A DNA stretch of 64,000 nucleotides, taken from Euprymna scolopes. Taxonomy: Eukaryota. Of the stretch, positions 52,533-64,000 are shown one piece after another. The position numbers and the translations under genes are program-made. The notes beneath the pieces were generated by a model that was not told the origin of the DNA, ran no database searches, and saw only the letters and a list, made by a program, of their open reading frames with translations. Each line of letters starts with the position of its first letter. The first letter of the stretch is position 1. The DNA is taken from assembly GCA_053919585.1 (NCBI GenBank), contig CM132788.1, one strand, 5' to 3'.

Positions 52533-55500
52533 TAAATAATTAGTATTGCTAATAAATTAGTGGTGCTAATAAATTAGTGATGCTAATAAATTAGTGTTAC
52601 TAATAATTAGTGTTGCTAATAAAGTAGTGTTGCGTATAAATTAGTGATGCTTATAAATAAGTGTTGCTATTAATTTAGTGTTGCTAATAATTACTGTTGC
52701 AAAAAAATTGGTGTTGCAAACAAAAGTAGTCTTGCTAAAAAATTAGTGTTGCATATAAATTACGGTTTCTTATATAATGTTGCAATTAAATTGGTGTTGC
52801 TAATAAATTTCTGTTACTAATAATTCATTGTTGCTAAAAAAATTAGTGTTGGTTAACTATGGGTTAAATAGAATCTGACTTTAAACAAACACACTCCATT
52901 AAAATTGTTCCTCAAAATAAATTTATTCGGCATGAAATGACATGAAAAAGGTTGATATGCCATAAAACAAAAAGAACCAACCAACCAAACTAATAAGTTA
53001 GTGTATCTAATAAGTTAGTGTTGCTAATAAAAAATAAGTGTTCCTAGAAAATGATTTTTGCTAATAAATTAGTGTTGCTAAAATATTAGTGTTGCTAATA
53101 AATTAGTGTTGCTAATAAATAAGTGTTGCTGATAAATTACTGTTGCTAATAAATTAGTGTTACTAATAAATTAGTGTTGCATATAAACTAGTGTTACTAA
53201 TTAATTATATATTGTTTATAAATAAGTGTAGCAAATATAGTAGTGTTGCTAATAAATTAGTGTTGCTAAACAATTAGTGTTGCATATATATTACTGTTTG
53301 TAATAAATTAGTATTTCTATTAAATAACTGTTGCTAATATATTAGTGTTGCTAATAAAGTTATTGTTGCTAAAAATAAGTGTTCATAATAAATTAGTGTT
53401 GCAAATTAATTAGTTTGCTAATTAATAAGTACTGGTAATAAATAAGTATTGCTAATAAATTAGTGTTGCTTATAAATAAGTGTTGCCAATAAATTAGTGT
53501 TGATAATAAATCAGTGCTGCTAATAAATCAGTGTCGCTAATAAATTAGTGTCGCTAATAAATTGGTGTTGATTATACATCAGTGTTGCTAATAAATAAGT
53601 GTTGCTAATAAATTAATGTTGCTAAACAATTAGTGTTGCTAATAATTTGTTGCTGATAAATTAATGTTGCAAATAAATTGGTGTTGCTAAAAACTTGCTT
53701 GTGTTGCTAATAAATTGTGTTGCTAATAAATTAGTGTTCCTAATAAATTAGTTGCTAATAAATGATAGTTACTAATAGTTTGTGTTGCTGATTAATTAAT
53801 GTTGCTTAAAGAATAGGGTTGCTAATAAATTAGTTGTGCTTATTAATTAGTGCGGCTAATAAATTACTACAACTTAAAAATTCGTGTTGCTAATAAATTA
53901 GTGGTACTAATAAGTTAACTTTGCTAATAAATTAGTGCTGGTAAAAAGATTAGTGCTGTTAATAATATAGTGTTTCTAATAAATTAATGTTGCTATTAAA
54001 TGAGTGTTGCTATTAAATTAGCGTTGCTAAGACATTTGTGTTGCTAACAATTTAGTATGAATACTAAATTAGTGTTTCTAATAAATCAGCGTTGCTAATA
54101 AATTAGTGTGGCTTCAAAGTAAGTGTTGCTAATAAGTCAATGTTGCTAAAAATTTGTGTTGCTAGAACATTTGTGATGCTTATAAATTAACATTGCTAAT
54201 AAATTAATGTTGCTAATAAATAAGTGTTGCTTAAAAATTAGTGTTGCTTATAAATCAGTGTTGTTAATAAAGTAGTGTTGCTTATAAATCAGTGGTGCTA
54301 ACACATTACTGCTGCATATTAATTCATGTTGATAATAAATTAGTGTGCCTTAAAATTAATGTTGCTAATTAATTAGTGTTGGTAATAAAAAAGTGTTGGT
54401 AAAAATTAACATTGCTGTTTATAAATTTGTGCTGTTAATAAATTAGTGCTGCTAATAAATTAGTGTTCCTAATAAATCTGTGCTGATAATAAATTAGTGC
54501 AGCTAACAAATTAGTGTTGCTAATAAATTAGTGTTGCTAATAAATTAGTGTTGCTAATAAATTTGTGCTGCTAATTAATTATTGTTACTAATAAATTAGT
54601 GCTGGTAATAAATTAGTGTTGCTAATGATTTAGTACTGCTAATGTATTAGTGTTGCTAATAAATTATTTCAGCATATAAATTAGTGTTGCTAATAAATTA
54701 TTGTTACTAATAAATTAGTGTTGCTAATAAATTATTGTTACTAATAAATTAGTGCAGCTAATAAATTAGTGTTGCTAATGAATTAGTACTGCTAATGAAT
54801 TAGTGTTGCTAATAAATTATTTCAGCATATAAATTAGTGTTGCTTATAAATTAGTGTTGCTAATACATAAGTGTTGCTTATAAATAAGTGTTCCTAATAA
54901 ATTAGTGTTGCATATGAATCACCGTTTCAAATAAATTAATGTTGCTATTAAACTACAGATTCTAATAAATAAGTGTTGATAAAAAATTAGTGTCGCTAAA
55001 CATTAGAGTTGCTAATAAATTAGTGTTGCTGAAAAATTATTGTTGCTTAAAATAATGTTGCTAAAATGTTAGTGCACTAATCAATTAGTTTTGCTTATAA
55101 ATTAGTTATACTCATTCATTCGTGTTTCTTATGAATTACTGTTGCTGAAAAGTTAGTGTTGCTAATAAGTTAGTGTTGCTAAAAATTTAGTGTTGCTAAT
55201 AAATGAGTGTGGCTAATAAATTACTGTTGCTAATAAATTTATATTGCTAACACATTCGTGCTGCTAATAAATTAGTGTTGCTAATAATTTATTGCTGGTG
55301 ATAAATAAGTGTTGCTAAAAAATTAGTATTGCTAATAAATTAGGGTTGCTGGTAAATAAATATTGCTAATAAATTAGTCTTGATAATAAATTCCTGTTGC
55401 TTATAAAGTAGTGTTGCTAATTGATTAATGTTGTTGCTAATAAATTAGTGTTGCTAACAAATACATAATGCTGATATATTAATGTTGCTAATAAATTAGT

Positions 55501-56020
55501 GTTACTAATAAATTAGTGTTGCTAATAAGTTAATGTTGCGATTAAATTATTATTGCTAATTTGTTAACGCTGTTGCTAATGAACTTGTGTTGCTTATAAA
55601 TTACTGTTGCTTATAAATTAGTGTTGCTAATAATTTAGTGTTGCTAATAAGTTAGTGTTGTGTCTAAATTATTGGTTCTACTAATGAAGTGTTGCTATTA
55701 AATTAGTGTTTCTCATAAATTAGTTTTGCTAATAAATTAATGTTACTAAAAAGTTGACGTTGTTAATAAATTATTGCGGGTGATAAATTAGTGTTGCTAA
55801 TAAATTAGTTTTGCTAATAAATTACTGTTGGTGGTAAATTAATATTGCTAATAAATTAGTGATCCTAATAAATTAGTGTTACTTATGAATTAGTATTGCA
55901 AATTAATTTATGTTCCGTAAATAAATTAGTGTTGCTAATAAATTAGTATTGCTAATAAATTAGTGTTGCTGATGAGTTAATGTTTCCAATAAATAAGTGT
56001 TGTGAATAAATTAATGTTTT
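52533..56020. repeat. 17-bp satellite, consensus AATAAATTAGTGTTGCT, roughly 190-200 copies
   Basis: Seen directly. Interrupted at ~52852-52990. Confidence 0.97.
52852..52990 (+). mobile_element. SINE-like 3' fragment with (CAAC)n tail inserted in the 17-bp satellite
   Basis: ggttgatatgccataaaacaaaaagaaccaaccaaccaaac, homologous to 34150-34192. Confidence 0.6.
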
Positions 56021-56024
56021 CTCC

Positions 56025-56205
56025 TGTGAAAATGAGGTCACCAGTAATGTGGTACTGCACTATCCTCCACATCGAACCGCTAAAGTTGGAAAGTCTGTCA
56101 AGATACACACAAAATTATTGATAGAAGACACTGGCGTACGACTTGAAGATCTTCCTTATGCCAGGGAAGATAGAGATATCTAAAAGGAAAACGTCAATGA
56201 TGATT
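56025..56205 (+). mobile_element. RTE-clade LINE extreme 3' fragment
   Basis: Translates NVVLHYPPHRTAKVGKSVKIHTKLLIEDTGVRLEDLPYAREDRDI*KENV, resembling the RTE C-terminus (VLLW.P.HG..KVGRP..TY...L..DTG...EDL..AM.DR..WR..V). Followed by gatgat. Confidence 0.7.
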
Positions 56206-57599
56206 TGATATTATATTTACGAGTCAGTTAAAAATATGTTCGTAAGCAACGTTATTTGTCCCTCGGTATTCTGTTATGTAAATATGTATGTTTTGCCTGG
56301 GGTTATGTTTTCCTATTTTTACAATTCATCTTTCATGGTTGATATTATCTGGGGGTATTTTTTGAATATTTTAAAGTGGAATTTTTCCCATTTTCCTTAA
56401 TATCATTTGTCTTTTTCCGCTTATATTTTACTTGTTTTCTTAAATATCCCCTCCTTAATTTTTCCGCAAATATTTCCGCGATTTTACTAGACACTATCAG
56501 AAATTCTCTTCTGATCTTTTCTTTGTTCCTACCCGTCTTTTAAAAATGTCAATAATATTTTTCGATATTTCCAATATATGCCAAAATATAAATATATTTT
56601 CCTTCCAAAGAAATCTTTGATCTGTAATTTTCATCTGAAACATCAGATACTATCATTTTTTATTTAATGTCAAACTTGGATTTGTTTTCGCCTGGTAAAT
56701 CGCCTTTTTTCTTAAAAATTAACATCTTCAAAGCTACTAGCAATGTTGACCTTTGAAACATCCAGCGATGAAAAGAGGCGAATGTGTTTATTTCACATTT
56801 ACTTGGCTTCTGGCTTTCTTTTCACATATATAACCTAAAATAAAAAAAAAAAATTGGTAACATATTTATTCAATATTAGCTTCTCAATAAAATATCAGAA
56901 AAACAGATAGAGTCATGAATACCTGCTTTAGTATGAATCAATACTTTATCCAAGTTATTCTAAGTGCATTGCATAATTATAAGCGTGCTATCAGGGATAT
57001 CCAACGTTGTCCGGGATTGAATGAGAATCACATGAAGTTAATTCCTTTCATATTTTATTTTTATCAATATCGGTGAAATCGCCCATTCTTCAATAAAATT
57101 AATCGATTGCCTGCTCTAGTTCAAAACCAAGTACTTGTTTTGGGAGGAAGTTTCAAATGCTTTTTAGTAGTGACTTAGTCGAAAATATATAGTGGTTTGC
57201 ATTTTGCTGTAGAGAACCTGTGTTAATGTAATAAAATACACTGGCTTGAAATAAGCACAAAGTCAAGTATTATTATGGTTTATTTATACTTTAAATAAAA
57301 ACATTCATGGCGAACGGGGCCTATTCATATCACAGAGTTAATTGTTCATGTTATCTGTCTAGAAAAGCTACTTGTCCGGTTACAAATGCTTTAATTTAAG
57401 TTTTAAATTCTAGAATATAGTATCATGGCTTAATTGTGCCTTTAAAATAAAATGCAATTTTGAATCCGTTTCTGTCATATCTAAGACCCTACTTCACTTA
57501 GGGTATTAGGCTGTATGCTGCATTAACTTTACTCAAGATCGCCTGTTTCTTTTTTCATGGGATACATATCGAATAAATTCGGGAAATAGGAACATTGTC

Positions 57600-59400
57600 A
57601 AGCAGACGAATTTATTTTTTGTGATATAATCTCTCGGGCCTGAAGCCACATTGGATTATGGATATACTGTTTCTGCTAATGGTGCTAGGCGGTCAAGTAG
57701 CAAACGTGCGAAGACTTTACCCATACCACTCAGAATTAAGATTCCCCTATAAATATCCCAATCATTCCGATCACCTTAATTTTTGGATACGGTGATGATC
57801 TTTGAATCCCGCATGTCTCAGGCTCCCTTTCTCCAACACTCAATGAGAAGTTATTGTAATGGGTGTATTAAGCATTTTTTTGCATAGCTTCAGCAAGTCT
57901 TGGGTTATACCATTACTAACCGCAACCTTTCCTATCTTTCGCGTGTTGATCGCTTTGTTGAGCTGTTTAATTTTGGCTCGGCATCAAAATCGTACAGTTG
58001 AACGGAGTTTGGTCTCCTAGATGACATGTGGTGGGACTATGATCTGACAGCCATACAGATGAGAGCCGTGTTCAATTAAGCGTTCCATTTGCTTCCCAGT
58101 ATTTGTGATCTTCTCTCCGTCTAGGGATATTAAATGTGCAGTTTTGCTTTTGATTGGACTGATATCTTTCTTTATGCATTTGTACATGTATTTGGTGTTC
58201 CCAGTCTCTGAGACTAATTGGGTTTGCTCACTACGCCTCAGCAAGTAGTAATTCTTATATAGTTTCGCAATTCTTTGAACCTTTATCGTGTTGCACGGAG
58301 GAACTTTAGGGAATTGGCAGATGTGTGTACCTTGGAACGCTGATGTTTTACATTCGATTGTTGGGATGAGTTTGTCAGCCTTGGCTTCAAACAATTCGTT
58401 GATGGTGCGAGGGGTTTTTTTCCAAACGCTTCAACAGCACTGCTATAGATGTTGTCGCAAAGCCAAGCCAATCTCTTGTTGATACATTTCTCTTGAGGGG
58501 TCATCAAGGTCATCGTTCAACAGGTGCTGAATTCTGTGATCTTTCATTCATTCCAACGTTGTTTAATTTTGCTTTTGCTTTTCTTCTTGCTCGGCGTATG
58601 TTTTTTGTTGTACGTTGGTCTTACAGTACACCAAAGTGTGATCCGTGACGCTATCTGCACTGTGGTAGGATCTTGTAAAGCTGATAGAGTTCGGGAATGT
58701 ACGTGTAGTGATAATGAGGTCTAGCTGGCACCAGTGCTTAGACCTTGGATGTTGCCATGAGACTATGTTGTGGATTCTTTTTAAAGAAGTTGTAAGCTAT
58801 GCAGAACTCTAGTAGGCAATTTTCATTAATATTTTCTACACCAAAATGGACGAAGGAGGATGACCAGTTAAAAGGGTAGAATCCTACACGAGCATTAAAG
58901 ACATCCAGATTGATTATGTGTTCATACTGTTGTATGCTTCAAAGTAGTGAATCCGGTTAGTTGTGGGACGTCCTTTTTTAATCTGGCATAACTTTAATAT
59001 TTAGAGCATATCCGTAGTTAATACACATACTTGCATGGCTGTTTTTAAGATGTAGTGTACTTAGCCTTATGGATGATAAATCTAAGAAGGGTGTTTTTCC
59101 GTGAAAAACACCATGCCCACGGTTTGATATGCTGCTTCCTCCCGGCAGAAAAACATTTTGTGCTTTTCTCTGAGGCTACCACTATCAGCAATCCCTGTCT
59201 CCAGGGGAGTCGCAACGCTAATGTTTAGTCTATGGAGCTCAATGTTTATGATTGCAGTTTTTCGAGCACCAGACGTATTTTGGATTGCGACGTTGAATCC
59301 AGTCAACATGGTCTAGACCTTCTAGGTTTCTAGCTGTAAAGAGCTGTTTTGGTTTTTTCTTGATTTTCCTATCCGGTGGCTTTTCATGGCAACCCACTAT
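57600..59400 (-). mobile_element. Decayed RTE-clade (BovB-like) LINE, endonuclease to start of RT
   Basis: ARKTAIINIELHRLNISVA..ET.IADSGSLREK (ORF 59082..59309), HPRSKHWCQLDLIITT (~58710-58755), GDRNDWDIYRGILILS..GKVFARLLL.RL..LAE.VYP..QCGFR (57640-57775). Confidence 0.85.
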
Positions 59401-59422
59401 CTTCAAATATCTACTGACGCTC

Positions 59423-59426
<4 letters not shown>

Positions 59427-59500
<74 letters not shown>
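59427..59500. repeat. (TA)n microsatellite
   Basis: Seen directly. Confidence 0.95.
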
Positions 59501-59503
<3 letters not shown>

Positions 59504-60322
59504 TGAATGGAGAATTGAATACAAAATATGCATGAATTAAAACAGATTAAGCGTATTTTACGACCAGCAAAATCGGGTGTCTCTGCTGTTAGAAGATAAT
59601 AATATATGTATATTATATATGTACAATTATAAATGTATCCTTTATGTAGTTTATAGCGGCGATCTATGGTTGTGCATTGGCGTTCTAAGCCGCATTGTCA
59701 TACGAGGATCGTTTCAAACGAAAAACTTCTTATTTTGTTAACTTAAAAAAGTTAAAAGCTACTGACAGGTAGTGTATCACCGACTAACAATGTCTCCTCT
59801 AGCATGTATTTTGCCACGTACTCACCAGGATTCTGAACGCAGTTTTGTCAGCGAGACACGATGATTGTGCATGCACATCCAGGGCGCGATTTGTCGAAAT
59901 GTACCGCCTTTTCAATTATTAAATTACTTGTGAAATGCAACTTCTGTTATTAGTTGTGAGAGGTTTTCGCACAGACCATCATAAGAGCTTACTCATTGAC
60001 AAGAATACTTGGTCCTCCCTGATTACAACGAGTCCTCTCATGTTTTCTGTGCTTTTGATCATTTTCGGTTGAATTTTCATCATCCAATATCCGTTTGCCA
60101 TTGGATTCTCGCTGGGAATGACGATTGGTCTTCACTGAAATGTGGTTGACATAAAATCTCCCCAAGACTCCAGTCTTTTTTGCACTTTTGCAGAAAATGC
60201 TCAATGAATAAACTTATTTATAAGAATTAAATTCGATATGTTGATTCATAACAGAAACTTCATCAGGAAATACAGGTTTTCCCTGATTTTTTTTGTTTTT
60301 TAAACCGTTCTATTTTGAATTT

Positions 60323-60372
<50 letters not shown>

Positions 60373-60373
<1 letters not shown>

Positions 60374-61559
60374 GAGAGGCATGCAATAAGTAATGCCCCT
60401 GAATCACTTAGAATGGTCTTATCTAGCTGAAATTGTTCATGTGCAATGATTTTTACCTCTACGACTTATGTTGCAAATTACAGCGCTGAACTACTGTTGC
60501 TTTCTGTTTTACAGGTGTTTGAACTGAGTCAGGTGTGAAATGGAGCCGGTTGAATGTTAAGCAGTGATCTGGTTTTTGTTATTTGAAAGCACGCAAACCA
60601 CATGAGACTTTTCGATGAAATAAAAGAAACCTATGATGATAATGTCCCATCATATGACCTTGTAAAACGCTGATATCGTGAATTCAAACATGGCCGAAAG
60701 TCTGTGGAAACACCTCCCAGATCTGGTAGCCCCCCCTTCTGCCATTGATTAGGCATCTGTTCGTCAAGTTGAGGCTGACATTTTTGAACATCGGCGCATT
60801 ACTATTCGCCAAATAGGCCAAGATGTCAAGATTAGTATAGGGTCCGTAGAAACTATCATTAATGACCATTTGCATATGCATAAGGTGTCTGCCAGATCGA
60901 TTCCCAGGTTGCTCACACCATTCCAGAAGCGAGAACGCGTCGAGTGCTCGAGGATGCATTTGGAGATGTGCCAAGAAGTCAAAGTTTTTCAAAATACTGA
61001 TCACACAGGATGAAATTTGGGTCCATCACTATGATTCAGAGACCAAAGCCCAGTCAATGCAGTGGAAACACTTGTACTCACCGGCAAGGTCATGCTCAGA
61101 ATCTTCTGGGACCAGGACAGAGTAGTGATGACAGATTTCCTGGTAAAGGATACCACAATAACAGGAGCCTTATATGCTTCACTTTTGAGGAAATTAAGGG
61201 AAGTAATCAAAATCAAGAGGCGGCGCACTATTAGCAAAATACCATTCTCCTGCAGGACAACGTCCGGTCAACATCTAGCATGTCGCCAGATCAGAAGCAC
61301 GGGCGAGTGGTTATGAAATCCGCCTCCATCCTCCCTACTCTCAATACCTTGCACCCTCTTACTTTCACGTCTTCCCAGCTATGATTTCTGAAGTCACGTC
61401 GTGGTTGGAGGACCAACATGGGGTGTTCTACAAAAACGGTTTCAGAGCTGCATCAAACGATGGGATAAATGCATAACTCTTGGTGGTTCCTATATAGAGA
61501 AAAACTAATAACCGTGCCAAGTTTCGTTGCTCTACTGCTATGGGAAGTGGGCCAGGGGC
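60373..61559 (+). mobile_element. Mariner (DD34D) transposon with pseudogenised transposase, inserted in (TA)n
   Basis: Left TIR TA|CGAGAGGCATGCAATAAGTAATGCCCCTG. The right TIR begins (caggggc) at the N gap. MEPVEC*AVI from 60540, HKVSARSIPRLLT (WVPHEL-type), LITQDEIWVHHYD, LLQDN, HPPYSQYLAPSYF (YSPDL motif). Confidence 0.92.
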
Positions 61560-63298
61560 NNNNNNNNNNNNNNNNNNNNNNNNNNNNNNNNNNNNNNNNN
61601 NNNNNNNNNNNNNNNNNNNNNNNNNNNNNNNNNNNNNNNNNNNNNNNNNNNNNNNNNNNNNNNNNNNNNNNNNNNNNNNNNNNNNNNNNNNNNNNNNNNN
61701 NNNNNNNNNNNNNATTTTATTTCACTTTATATTTATATAAATCCTGGCAAGTTTCATTAAAGCATGGACTGTCAGCACCTTTGAGTTAATATATGCTGTG
61801 TACAAGAACCCCATCTCATTTCAGGTGACCATTTTGCTGCGCTGTCTAAGAGCTATCACATTTACTTAGCCTGCTTTAATTCTCATTCGAGAAATGTTTC
61901 TTTGCTAGTAAAGAGGTCATTAGAAGTGACCTCCGCTATATTTATGAAGAAGAAAGAACATTAATTCTGTATATTAGTATAAAAGGTAAGGCTTTTCATC
62001 TCATTGAGGTCCATGCGTTTAATATCAGGCTTGCTTCGTTTCTTTCGGCGAATTAAGTAGTTAGTAGTACTTCTCGACCGTTTTATTGGACTGTGTGCAT
62101 AGATCTAGATTTAGATCGCTTAGGTTACATCTAAGTGCTCTGCTATACATATGGATTCTGTTTTCTTTCATGAATTTGTAGATACATTTGATATTATCGA
62201 ACAGTTCTAAAAACAAATGACCCAAGACATGGTATGGAATTGGAGATGTAATTCTGCTCCGTTGCAACACAGCTTTTGACTTATATTGACCGGTTCTTAG
62301 ACGATTCGACGTAGAAGTAATAGGCTGTCACGGTTTCCAGAACGACTTATTTTGATCACTGGCGTGTTTGTATTATCGATAAAGTTATATAGAATTAAGC
62401 CCATGTATTCCGATTCCTAGGAGATCAACACATAATTGTTCGATATTATGATCTACTGAGCCAGCCTATTACTAATCTAAAGCGTGGTTTAACGGGGATT
62501 GTAAATTGGTGTAACTCATAAATTCTCATGAAGGAAGAACCTAGGTCTTTTCTGCTGATTTTAACTGACGTATAAATGTAAAAGAGAGGGCAATTAAATT
62601 TAAACTATAGTCTCGATTAGACGAAGGATAGAGGACGGGATAGTTATAGGGTTAATATGGTATAAGAAAATGTGTCTTATTGGCTGAAGAAAAATCGCCT
62701 AGGTTAAAATAATGCGCTAGAATGCAAAAAGCACAGCCGTTGATCTTATTAACCTGAAAAAGAATTGTTGGAGGTTGTGAAAACCGTGCGAATCATAGCT
62801 TGTCCGAAATCATCAAAAACACTTTATATAAACGAAAGTGCGGAGGTGTTTACATTGCCCATCTATTCAATCTTTATATACTATCTTTCTATTTTCCATC
62901 TCTCGTCAGATATGCTGTTTTATTTGCAGTAGGTTATTTTCAGTTCTAGTTGCTTGGAAAGCCCCATGATACGTCGCGATTTCTGTTATCGTAATCTTTC
63001 TGACAGCGGTCTGGATATGCAACATGTGGAAACTCGTGTACAGTCGGCCTGCCTATATTACCTAGGTCGAATGTAAACTCAAGTTTAGGAAATCACTGAT
63101 ATCTGGTAAGATGGCACTAAGCAAGCTTCCATGACTTTGAGAAGTTGGTACTTGTGCCGGGAGGCACATACGTTTCCCGAGGCGTATCCTGCTGGTAATG
63201 ACACTGCCAGTTAGCTAGGTTCATATAAATTTTATATAACGAATTTTCTTATTCTCGATTGAGATTAATCGCCCCTACACGTATATATAGTTTGTGTG

Positions 63299-63300
<2 letters not shown>

Positions 63301-63363
<63 letters not shown>
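63301..63363. repeat. (TA)n microsatellite
   Basis: Seen directly. Confidence 0.95.
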
Positions 63364-63364
<1 letters not shown>

Positions 63365-64000
63365 TTGTTTATTGTTATATAAACATGCTCACATCCCGCT
63401 GCTACAAATAGCCACTTGTTTCAATCAAACAACAGATATCATCAGGCAGCGACTTGACTATTCAAAAGTTCAATGAATAATGGATTTTTATTTTAGGTAG
63501 GAACTCTTTAGAAGTTGGAGTTAAAAAAACTTAAAACACAGGACTTTAATTAAATAAAAAAGTAAAAAGGGAGAGGCAATTTAAATAAAGTTAAAAAATT
63601 ACAATGGGGAGAGAGTGATTGAGAAGAGAAAAAAGGAATAGAGACAGAAATAGAGAAAGAAAATATAGAGAAAACAAAATAGAGAGAAAAAGAAGAGAGA
63701 AAAAAAAATATATATATATACATATATATATATATACATATACATATACATATATATATATGAAATGGAGAAGAAAAGAAAAAAGAAATAAATGGTTATA
63801 ATAAAGAGAATAAGAACTAGAAGGAAAAGGAAAGAATAATGAGATCTAGTTAAATAGGGAAAGAGAGAAAGTAAGAATTTGACAGTGTATAGAAAAAGAA
63901 AAAGAAAAAGAAAAAAACCTGCGTGTCAACCAATTTATGAACAATTATACAATTCAGTAATGAAACATATTATTACAAATACAAACAGAAGATACAATCC

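Noticed and set aside
59989-60204. 71-aa minus-strand ORF ending at a gtaagc donor-like site
   Set aside because: No recognisable domain and no good upstream acceptor.

Overview
This is AT-rich animal genomic DNA. The repeat vocabulary recalls coleoid cephalopod (octopus/squid) genomes, but that is recognition from memory, not a database result. I found no confidently identifiable host protein-coding gene, so the window reads as a large intron or intergenic region. It is made almost entirely of transposable-element relics, tandem repeats, microsatellites and ten short N gaps. Recognised elements: six fragments of CR1/L2-group LINEs (two or three subfamilies), two long decayed RTE-clade LINEs plus short RTE pieces, R4/Dong fragments stacked in (TAA)n repeats, Tc1, mariner and maT-like transposase pseudogenes, a 2.4-kb internally deleted Gypsy LTR element, and several non-autonomous Helitrons. 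Tandem repeats include 17-, 39-, ~75- and 280-bp units. Most interesting observations: (1) the Gypsy element has no tRNA primer site, but its post-LTR 13-mer is complementary to the predicted 5' end of its own transcript, as in Tf1-type self-priming. (2) A Helitron cluster at 34.4-37.4 kb has a CTAG|TC head-to-tail junction, captured cargo (a LINE 3' end and a U2 snRNA 5' fragment) and a tandem array built from Helitron 3' termini. Nearly all ORFs in the supplied track are TE fragments, repeat read-throughs or N-gap artefacts. Element boundaries are approximate unless exact motifs are quoted.
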